From: Eutreptiella sp. 'Long Island Sound 2002'
Lineage: Eukaryota > Protista > Euglenida
Direction: 5' to 3'
DNA length: 64,000 nucleotides
Assembly: GCA_964036045.1 (NCBI GenBank)
Contig: OZ038378.1
Span: 25,978,001 to 26,042,000 of the forward strand
A model generated the notes under the pieces. The model made no database searches and had not been told where the DNA came from. It was given only the letters and a program-made list of their open reading frames with translations. Both the position numbers and the translations under genes were made by a program. Shown in pieces: positions 47,725 through 58,083 of this stretch. The stretch's first letter is position 1, and each line of letters begins with the position of its first letter.

Positions 47725-49829
47725 CTAGCCAGAGCATAAAGTCCCTCCCTGTATGTCGGCAGGAGGTTGGGGTGCTATTTTGGGTGCGGGCTTAGGTGCA
47801 GGCTTGGCAGCAGGTACGGGTTGTTCTGGTGCAGCCTGCGCTTTGGGTTTGGGTCTGGGTTTGGGGGCACACCTTTGGTTAACGCGTTTGGCCATTGCCC
47901 GAAGACTTTGATGCGCCGGTCCATCATCCCTAATATATGCTGCAGTTCGCTTTGGTAAATGCCTTGAAAGGGCCCTGTCTGTGCCTGCATGCAGTGGTAC
48001 CTTATGCCTGAGACACCGCAACATATGTAGAAAAACAGCCTCAGTCAATTGGCGGTTCCACTGAGGTGGCGGGGGTGCCTGCCACAAAGGGTCCCACGCT
48101 CTCTCAACAATTGTTTTTCCTTCGTTTGCTTGTGAGAACAGGACAAATGGTGTAGCCTCATTTGCTGCCTGAGCAATGAACAGCCTAATTGCCTCCCTAA
48201 AGTGACTACGTATTTTTGTGCAATGTTAGCTCCAACGTTGCGCTCCGAATGAACATCTGGTAGACAAAGAAATATGTCCATCACTGCTGACATGTCTTTT
48301 GCATGTGGACGAGCTTTACACACTCCCATTAACCTGGAGAGCATTGCCTCACCACTTTCCTCGACAAAGGTACATCCTAGTGCACGATTGTGCCAGTCCT
48401 CCCATGAAGCAAGGGCACAACATATGGTTCGCACATACTCTAAAATTGGGGAGTTTGTACCACACAGTGCTAGCATGATAATACGACAACGCTGCAAGAC
48501 CTCTTTGGCTTTACCTCCCGTATGTACTTGTTGTCCTTCCCAAGTACACCAGCGCACACCATACCCTAGGAGGAACATAATGGGACTGTACGTGTTGAGG
48601 AGAGTTTGCAGCCCTTTCATTTGACTAAGAGCCACTCTGTCACTGGTGGTCGGGTGTTGAATTGACCTCAATCTCCGCACAAATATGTCCAGGAGTCCCC
48701 TCGTTGACTCGCCGGCCAAAAAAAATGCGCCGAATAGTCATTCCATATATACCAGTTTGCCGTGGCAGACTACTTCATCACCTATTTTGAGGTCAGCTCT
48801 GAGTAGGCAGTTGAGCAGGGGATAGAATTTTCTCCAGATGAGGATTGCATAGTACTTGTACGGGTACCAAATGCCATAATGCAGGGGTAATGAAAACATC
48901 AGTTGATGCATGTGGTACCGCTCATATGTGACACTGTACAGAACTCTGAGTAGCTGCAGGTGCACTTTCATGTCACAACACACAGGTAAATCACGTCGTG
49001 TGTGTGCTTGTGTCTCACACAACGTTCTGACAATTGCAACCAGTTCTTTGGTGGACGATGTGCGATGCGACGTCAGCAAGAGAGGCCTCCACTTCGGAGG
49101 ATATGCTTTGGGTCTGCACACATCCAAAGGTATCCGCATATCCTTGCTGTTCACAGTGCCATCGCTAATGTTCTGCAGCACAGGTGTTAGTTCATTGTGT
49201 GTTTCCTCAAGATGCCAAATGCACAAGTTCACTCTGTGGACCAGCTGCGCTAAAGTGCAGTGACCATCAAAATGAAGCAGCTGGATTGTCCACAACACGG
49301 CAAAAGCAGTACAGTCAATGTTCACATCTTCATCCAAGGGGTTTGGTACTTTCCGTCGCTTTGCGAAATTGTCTATCCAGACACATGTGTCCTGATTTTC
49401 ACATGCAGTCCACACAGCTGCTGCAGCTTCAGAAGCCCTTTCTGGGTAGTGGTTTCTCCCTGCCTTCTTGCAGGCTCCATTCCGTAATATGCGCCTTTTC
49501 TGGTGTGAACCATGCAACTCATGTTCCACCGGGTGACAAATGTATGGTGCTGCCCTTGTGTGCATGGATGTCCATATGTTGAACAGTTGCTTTGCAAAAA
49601 TAGTTGGCCACCTGCTGGTACCATTTTTCATGTCTCTTGCAAGTTTCTTAATGGAGTGACGTGTTGTGCGTCCCACACGCAGCTGCAAGCAAAACTCCAC
49701 AAACGGCAAACTTGTGCCGTATGACAGTGCATCATGAATGATTGCCATGCCATCTTTCCAAACGTAATTCTTCAAGAAATCACGCAAGTACAAGGTAAAC
49801 TTGTGCTGCTGCTCGCATGTCACGGTCAT
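47725..49829 (-). pseudogene. Unclassified DDE-like transposase pseudogene (~700 codons)
   Basis: ORFs 49829-48738 and 48719-48045 share one frame split by one TGA; one frameshift leads to 48087-47725. Candidate catalytic motifs CVWIDNF, VCCDMKV, YGIWYPYK (GxWH-like), FVEESGEA. Confidence 0.5.
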
Positions 49830-50244
49830 GGCATTTCAAAAAATCTTGTGAGGAATTGTTAAGTAGTATTTGGTTTTTGTCATCGCTAGGATCCTGGCAG
49901 TGCTGCATATTAATGTGTATTCACGTCACCATGATTTACCTACACTTGTATTTCGCGTTTGGTGACATGCGGGTTCCGGTTCACGTTTCGGCAATCGTCC
50001 TATTCTTACATTTTCTAGTGCATGTTCTAGTTACGATCATTGCTATATTTTTGTTTTTTTTTTTGGCCTATGCCTTCTATTCGATGTGTATTATATCCCT
50101 TTCTCGTTTTTGTCAAGATCTTGACAACACATTCGGATAACATGTTCTGCTGTTGTGTTCATTGCCAGGATCCTGACAATGCATTGCGACATTAGTTTAT
50201 GCAGTTCCGACCGGTAAGCTGCTGCGAGGATCCTGACATTATCA

Positions 50245-50310
50245 TGTCAGGATCCTGACAGTAGATCATTGTCAGGATCCTGACAATGATCTACTGTCAG
50301 GATCCTGACA
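50245..50310. repeat. Perfect 66-bp palindrome of three TGTCAGGATCCTGACA units; near-copy at 50364-50429
   Basis: TGTCAGGATCCTGACA-GTAGATCAT-TGTCAGGATCCTGACA-ATGATCTAC-TGTCAGGATCCTGACA equals its own reverse complement. Confidence 0.97.
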
Positions 50311-51036
50311 GTGCATTACTACTTTGCTTCACTATTAATTAAACAAGCACAACATCGGTGCTCTGTCAGGATCCTGACAGTAGATCTCTGCCAGGATCCT
50401 GACAATGATCTACTGTCAGGATCCTGACAGCAACTCGATAGTGTGACACTATCAGCATTGTAATAGGCAATGACGGATGCACAAAAATAACGATGAAAAA
50501 TATACATATTTCTTGTATTAACAAGGGTCATGTAGCACATCTACATTTTGCTGCACTACCAAGCACCCCTAACCATCCTCGTCGGTACAGTACCATGCAA
50601 TACTGCACTTCCCTGGCATGCTGTCTCATAACTGGAGACTTTGGGTGTCATACACCCCTGCTACTGCAACGGTGTTTGGGAGGTTTCCGTGGCAGCCCCG
50701 TTTTACCCTCTCTAGAAAGGTTTCTAGGTGCTCCCTTAAAAAGACCATTTCAGGGCATTTTAGGGTGTCCTCGTTGGGCCGCCTAAGACTGGGATGCTTT
50801 TCAAGCACTAGGGTCCCATTGCTGAGGCGCGCGGATTGCAGTGCAAGAGATGAGGGGTGTTCCTTATAACCTTGTATCGGTAACGGGAGAAACCCATGTA
50901 CTCAGCCAGTTGGAGAGGGTGCCAACTGGCCCACCTGGCCAAACAGCACTGAGCACAGACCTGCCCAACTGGGCGCTGCAACGTTGTGGGGCCCAGCACA
51001 GCCCAGGTCCTGGGAGGCAGAAGGGATGAAACACAC

Positions 51037-51180
51037 CTCGGGGCAGGGCTCTAAGGCATCCAGCCACGCCACCAGGTCTCTGATGGACTTCTCTAGTGCG
51101 GCAGGGGTTGGAGGGCGGGCAATAACGAAGGTGGGGACGTGCGGGATACCATGTTCCTTGAACAGATTGATGTAGTCCAC
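51037..51180 (-). CDS. Internal exon of ATP-grasp gene
   Basis: CATCTGTGCTCCAG|GTG...GAG|GTGTGT, 144 nt, phase 0/0; VDYINLFKEHGIPHVPTFVI matches the (K)xxY..L...GIPxxPT motif. Confidence 0.82.
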
Positions 51181-54100
51181 CTGGAGCACAGATGAGAATA
51201 CCTGAGTCCGTGGCCACAACGGTGCATTTCATGCAGCGCGGGAGGGGGGTTGGGGGGTTCTTGATGCCAGATATCACGTTGATGTCATTTACAAAGAAGT
51301 GCATTGCAAAAACAAAGATGAAAACTTTCGAACCGGATTTGTTCAACCTTAGGCCCTGAAAATGATAGGCAAACAGTTGGGAAGCATTTCACAACCCTGG
51401 GGTCTGACAATGCCCCCCCCCCCCCCCACTAAGGACTTAAGACAGCCCTCAGTTTACCGCCAAATGCCGGCACGTAACGCCGACTGCTGGCAGCTGAAGG
51501 CCAAATTGTTGTTCAGTAAGCGCCTGTTGCGGGTGACGGTTTATGTATCTCCTCTTTACCAGTGACCAGCGGATGTATTACTTGATGAGTTGAAACTTTG
51601 CTGTGTGTAGTGCCTGGCTGTCAGTGTGCACGTTTCTTGGGTGAGGGGTAGGGCGTGAGGTCAGCCAGTCAGGCAGTCAGTCTCTCATTCCATGTCCAAT
51701 GCCTGGGGGCCTTTGCCGGAATACAGTGCTTGTCCTTCCCGCAGGGTGCAAATTACATTGGCTCCAAGCATCAGGATTAAAAATCATTGGTCTCGGAAAA
51801 TTTACTCCTGTGCCCCCCGCTCCCAAAGGTCTGAAAACAGCGGGGGTGCATCCATCTCAGGTGCCCTGCTGTGTCACCGCGCAGGAGCCAATCCCTTCCA
51901 CTGCAGAACGCCGAACTGCATCTGGGTTGCGAAGCACCAAACAGGAGGTGTCCTTGACACTTGTTGTGGGGAGACATCGTCTAGCGAAAGTAGATGCGGC
52001 CAACTCATTGTAGACATTGTCTGCATTTTGCAGATGAGACGGTTTTTAGTTGTGAGGCTTGGAGCGCCGAACAGTGTGTGGTCGTGAGGATTGTGAGGTG
52101 TTGTGGTTTGTACACCATGTCCACAACAGGCAGTAATTTTAGACACTGTCTGCATGTTGTAGACACAGCTGAGGAGTGGCTGTATACAAGTGCCTGTGTA
52201 GGGAACCCGAAGAGTGGTGGTGTATGGGAGCAGAGGAGTGTTGTAACAGTGAGACATGGAGCGCCCAGGGGTACCCCAACCCCCCTTGAGCAACGACCGC
52301 TACTGTTTCGCCACTTGACCAGCAGGTGGTCGTTGGACAGAGTTTTCAGGCCAAAAAGCGCTGTTTGACCAGGGGTTGGTCATTGTGCACGCCCTCGCAC
52401 GCTTCTCCACCTGTGTTTTGCTGACCCCCTGTGCTATCACTTCAATCGACCCCTGCAGTATATGCATGTTTGCATGCAGACTTCAGACCCATTTGCTGAA
52501 GTTCTGCTGCCTCGTGTTGCTGTGTCGATCTATTTGCCTGTGGGAAGGGTATTTGGTGTTCGGCACAACACGCTGCAATTTTTTTGGGGGGCTAGGGCGT
52601 GTGTAGCATGCTGCCTGTCCCCTTAGCCTCTCCCTATAATTTACATGGCACACAAGAAGGACCAGTGGATAGGGACAAAATCTGATCATGGGAGGTCTTG
52701 ATTGACGGATAGTGCCTGCAATTGGTGGACCAAAAAATATGGTCTACCATCCCCTACTCCAATCAAAAGGTCATTAGTAGACACTTTCCCTCACCTCACG
52801 AGAATTACACAGGGTTTAACACCCGGTTTAGATGGACACACTTTCTGAGTGGCCGGTAGGCCCCAAATGGCCTCTGGAGCAGGCCATTGCCAGGGGCGTG
52901 GGGTGGGGGCTGGGGGTGATTTAGGGCCGATCCATGCAATGACACATCAGAAAAATTTTCCTCAGAAAAGGAATGAGATTTGTTACATGGGGCTTGAAAC
53001 TGGCAGCCGATTTCAGGTTTCAAATTGTTTCAACCTGTGACCCAACCCCTGGAGGTGGGAGTTGCTTGCGACCACAAATGGCCTGCTCTGGAGCACAGCT
53101 GTTACCGCTCATGCACCCAAGCACGGGCCCTGCCTTTGCATGAGGTTTGAGCCATCATTTGCGCCTGGCTGTAGCACTACCACCACCAGTACCAGCACCA
53201 GCACCAGCAGCTGCAGCTGCAGCTGCAGCTGCAGCATTTCCAGCAGGAGCAGTACCAGCCTCAGCCCACATCCTCCAACCCGAGCGACGCGAGTGTTCTG
53301 TGAATGCTCTCTGTCGCGCACATGCTTCACAAAGGGGCAAGGGCACTTTGCAGCGACTGCCATTGCTTCTGTTGTTGCTGCTGTGGGCCGGTGGTGCTGC
53401 TGGTACAGCTGGTGCTGGTGAACCATAGACCTTGCATGATAGGCAACCAATCCCCCTTTCCTTTCATAGACCTGACACAGCCGCTGCACCCGCGCAACCA
53501 ACTACCTTGGACATAATAAACTGCATGGTGGCCAGCGATGGAAGCAGTCGCTCAGAGAGATCTGACAGGATTTTGAACATGTCTCGATATTTCCGGTAGT
53601 CATGGCCACTGAGCCATTCTTCACTCTCCAATACATGGATTACTGTCAGAGAGATGGCAGGAGCCTTTAGAGTCAGTCCCAGCCCAGGGGATGGGGCGTG
53701 TCACGACGTGCACATACGGGGGGATGAGAAATCCTCACCCATTCCCATTCGATGCAATGTAGACACAAACAATGATTGCAACCCGGGAAGCGGGGGCGGG
53801 GTGCAGTGCAGTGGAAATGAAGGTGGTGGTGGTGGGCAGGCGGGGGCAGATTGAAATGGAGGAGCCACACACATAGAATGCAACAGTTGGCTGAATCCAC
53901 GAACACTCAGGAGGTGTGGATCCAGCGTGAGCACCGTGACTGGGCAGCTGAAAAATGTCGCAATCCCATGACTCTAGCCTGGAGGTTTACACCCAGGCTC
54001 TGACCCAAAGGCAGCAGGAATACAGCCAGGGCCTGATGCATTGCTGCTGACCACCAGAGCAGCAGTGGCGAGCTTTAATACACTCTGCAAACCCTTGGTG

Positions 54101-54547
54101 AGAGCTCCAGGGGCCCCTGACTGGAAGGTAGAAGCGTGAGGCACTGAGCCTGAGGCACTGCAACACCTCCTTGGCTGCCTCCCCTTGCCATTCATCACAG
54201 TACAGTTTCTGGATCTACCTATTCGGCCCTTGGTCGGTTCAAATATTCACATCCTCTGATACCCATGTCACCGTACCCCCGTCCCAATGGACCCCCAAGT
54301 CCACCAAATTGGTTCCCTCAAAGCCAAACGCTGCACAGTGGCTACCTCCTTTGACCCATCACCCCACCACTCATGGCACAGCAGATTGGGTTGTAAGCGC
54401 CGCAACCCATGGCCATGGCCGCTCCAAGACGCATGAAACCAAAGCCCCCACTACCAATCATCAAAAGCCGGCATTGACCAGGGGAGCATGAGCGGGGGCG
54501 CCGCATGGGGTACAGCCAAGGCACATTGTGAGAGGAAAATGAGATAC

Positions 54548-54722
54548 CATCACAATCACGCAGCTTCTCCCAGATAGAGGGAATGCCAGTGCGGAAAGGG
54601 CGGCATACAGTCACATGAATGTCGGGGCGTTGCAGGGCAATCCATTGTGCAATTGCTTCATCGGACTGCAGAATCCCCCTGTCACAGTCTTGTAGCCAAT
54701 CAGCCAGGACGTGGAAATCATC
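54548..54722 (-). CDS. Probable upstream exon of the ATP-grasp gene; further tentative exons at ~54276-54335 and ~54100-54212
   Basis: TGAATGCAG|GAT...GATG|GTATCT; DDFHVLADWLQDCDRGILQSDEAIAQWIALQRPDIHVTVCRP reads as globular protein; nearby frames give AFGFEGTNLVDLGVHWDG and IQKLYCDEWQGEAAKEVLQCLRLSASRFYLP. Confidence 0.5.
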
Positions 54723-56834
54723 CTGCATTCAAATGCGGGTGAGCGGGTGTGCACATGGGTCAGTACCTCTGACAGTCTCTTTTGGCAGGGCAATCCTCCA
54801 CAACCCCCACAACCTCCAACAGCACTCAGTAAACTTCCGGGCTCGCAGACAGGCTTGGACCGAGGCTGTGGGTACAGTGAGTCAAGCCAGGAGCTGGATG
54901 TGACATCAGTGTCTGTGAGTGGAGGTTGCAGGTGCCCACTTGACCCGAGCAACGAATAGGGATAGGGGACACAGAGGTGCAGGAAGCATTCAGAACTCAT
55001 GCACAGGTCAAGAATGCACTGGTGTCCTCCGTTGGTGGAATGAAAGTGCTGTATTTTACTGAGCTCGAACCGTCGCTGCTCGCAGCCCAGGTACGAGCTT
55101 TGGTGATCAAGGGCTTGGGGGCACACCCAATTCCATCATTTCCTGTATGCAGTGGAATGTTGGTGACGGGGGAACCACCAGCTGGGCAAGTATCACTGAT
55201 GATATGCACAGAGTCCTGTAGAATGTCGTGCGACTTGCACCCTGGTGCTGTGTGCTGGGTCATCTGTTGCAACTCTATGCCAGCCTGACCAACTATCACA
55301 ACCTCCAAGAGTGTCCACCAACTCTCAACAGCCCTAATACAGCACACCAAGTAGAAATGCAAGATTTTCACTTTCAAGGCACAATTCAAGAGTGGGATGG
55401 GGCATACTTTTCGGTGGAACAGCTAAACCAGAAGCCTCCTCGGCCACGTCCTCAGTTCTTCGTCACTCATCAAAGCGGTTTTAAAGAAGACCATCACACA
55501 ACTGTTTGCTTTATTTATTTATCAGAAAACTGGCAAGCCTTACCTGGCCGAATGGACCGACCATTAGGCAGCCAAGGGTAAATGAAGGTGAAGGTCTACC
55601 AACTAGGCAGCATTGGTACCATGTGGCTCCATCAAGCCAGTAACCCGCTCACGTGATTATAGTTGGGTTCTCGGAGTGCTCATCAAATTGGGCTTCAGAA
55701 AAATTCAGTTGGGGGGCTTCAATTGGTCAGGACATTCATTTCGGGGGGGGGGGAGGGGGTCGGCCCCTTTTCCCAACCCCCCCCCCCCCGCCAAAAGGGG
55801 CTTCCGTGACTGAGCCTATTTCCCAGGGGGCAGAAGCCCCCAAAAAGACCCTAGTCTAGGCCAACGCATTTAACAGGGTGGTGTGATGCAAATTCACGAC
55901 GAACGGTTTTTTGTCGTCCATGCACAACACTTCACACTGGTTCCAATGGTGGTGGCATTATTGTTGAAGAGCACGTGGCCCCCAGTCCTTTCTGGCCACA
56001 TGTTTTTAGCGTCCCACCCTGGCCTCCCATTGGCACCATTTCTTTTCTAATGGTATTACCCTGACATCTCAGACTCACTGCTGGAGTCTGAACCTAACAA
56101 AGTGGGTCCCCCCAATAAAGGAGGGACCTCAAAGAGAGGGGCACTCACAAATGAAACGGGTTGATTGCATCTTCATTCCCCAAACCAGACCTGGTTGGAA
56201 GGGAGAGGGGGGGGGGGTTGCATTCTCTATGGCGAAGCAAGAGGTAGAATGGGGTAAAATGCAGGGATAGTTAAGGGTAACCCTAAAACCAACGTTCCCC
56301 TCCTTAGTACTGTGCAGTCACGGGAGCCCCTTTTCACCACTATTTTCCCCCCACCCCCCCCCACCTATTTTTCGGACCTCCCCCTCCGCCCCCCCCCCCC
56401 CCCCCCCGCAAATGAATTTTTCACCTGCCTTGGGCAAATGTTTACTTTGCACGCCCTGTTTCCGGGACAATATCCAAATGCAGTCTCTGCGGTAGACGTT
56501 TTTTTTTGTCCAAGAGATGTGCAAAACAACCAAGGCTTTCCCAAACAACACTCATTGAGGTTGTTCTCCACAAAAAAAAATCAACAAAACAAACAAAAAG
56601 CACATGATGTGCAGCATATGATACAAGGTGGGCTGTGTGGGCTTCATCCCACCTCTGCCCATTAGAAACCCATTGAGTTTCCAAATACCCCATGAAGCAG
56701 ACACCTACAAACAATATGCCCCTACCGTATAAATCCGCGAGATTCGCGGAATCCTAATTTTTGCGTTGGGTGTTTTGAATAAATAATAAGCAAACTTTTT
56801 TGCGACAGCATCCAAAGTGGGCAAAAAATACTGT

Positions 56835-57415
56835 ATTTTTGCGATTTTTTTTTGCGGAACCCATTTTTGCGTAGGGCATGACACCAAAAATTAACTTATT
56901 TTTTGCGTTTTATTTTTTTTTTTGCGTTTTGGGGATTGGGGTTGATTCATTTTGTTGCTACTGCAAGAGACTGTGCGTACTTTGGGCTCTAGGATTGCAG
57001 TCCATTCCTACACAGGCATACAAATGTGGATCAGTTGGACTCTGCGATTGCAGTCCATAGCACAGATAAGCACCAACAAGCATGATTCAGGTCTACCAGT
57101 TTTTCAACAAACCAGTTTCAAACTCGTCCATAATAGTGCCCATGGCACATGAAATGCTGCCTTGTCAGTTCGTCTCGATAATAGGGCATCAAATGCTGGA
57201 AAAAATGCCAGAGAAAACTCTGCTGGATCAGACAACAAGAAAAACCACAACACTGTACATGGCTGTGAAATAGAAATGCCATTCTTGGAAATTCTGGCAT
57301 CCTTGCAAAAAGGGGACAGGGGCAAAAAATATTTTATTTTTGCGATTTTTTTTTGCGGAACCCATATTTGCGTAGGGCATGAAGCTAAAAATTAATTCAT
57401 TTTTTGCGTTTTATT
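56835..57415. repeat. ~80-bp direct repeat pair
   Basis: ATTTTTGCGATTTTTTTTTGCGGAACCCAT(T/A)TTTGCGTAGGGCATGA...AAAAATTAA at ~56835 and ~57337. Confidence 0.85.
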
Positions 57416-58083
57416 TCTTTTGCGGACAACAACACCTTGTGCTGGGAATTAAATATTTTCGCAAATCTTTAGGGTTTGTACGGTAGTTGGTGCTTTTTAG
57501 GGGCGACTGGCAGCAACTAGGGCAGTGTTGCTGATGCTACGTGGGGACCTGTGAATTTTTGTGTGTTCAGGGCCAAACCTGGGCAGAAGATGTGGACCGA
57601 AAGGCCTTTGTTGGGAAGGGACAGCCCCCCCCCCCCCCCGCACACACACCTGCTTGCTGCGCTGAAATTCAAATATTGCAGTTGGAGCAGCATTTGAATT
57701 GTTTCATGGTCCCATTCACCTCTGGACAGCCCAGTTTCGGCCAGGCAGAGCAAACTGGGAACAGGTCCGGACATTCAGCCTAGAAATCGGGGGCCGCCTA
57801 TGTTGAGGGTGACAGACCCAGTGGAAGCAGTAGTTACGTGAAGTAAATGAACCTGAAATCTACCAACAGTGTCCTCAACACCAACATGCAACATCACTTT
57901 GTCTACCACATCTGTATTGCGAAACAATTTCGTCATTATTGACCGACTCGATTTTGCTGGTGGTATTCTTCAGGATGAAGTTTCACAACCACCGCTTGTC
58001 CTCAATAAAGATCTTCCCATTCACCTCCGGCATCTCCACATGGGTGAGGGTAAGGGTTCGGACAATGAGGGCTGAAGGTGCAC

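Larger units (their letters stand above)
38157..50429 (-). mobile_element. Putative decayed DNA transposon marked by ~22 copies of the palindrome TGTCAGGATCCTGACA; ends not determined
   Basis: Motif at 38157, 38227, 38286, 38814, 38876, 44936, 46004, 46147, 47074, 47213, 47451, 47521, 49884, 50111, 50163, 50223, 50245, 50270, 50295, 50364, 50389, 50414; encloses a DDE-like ORF and other decayed coding blocks. Confidence 0.6.

Noticed and set aside
6625-48740. Alternative genetic code with TGA as a sense codon
   Set aside because: Trp is TGG in the same ORFs, intact genes have no internal TGA, and the relics also carry TAG/TAA stops and frameshifts; decay is simpler.
50223-50429. CRISPR-like array
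   Set aside because: Spacers are only 9 bp, reused and self-complementary; no cas genes; eukaryotic context.
55400-55680. Possible third PIF/ISL2EU fragment on the + strand
   Set aside because: Only a faint QHWYH resemblance; too decayed to support.
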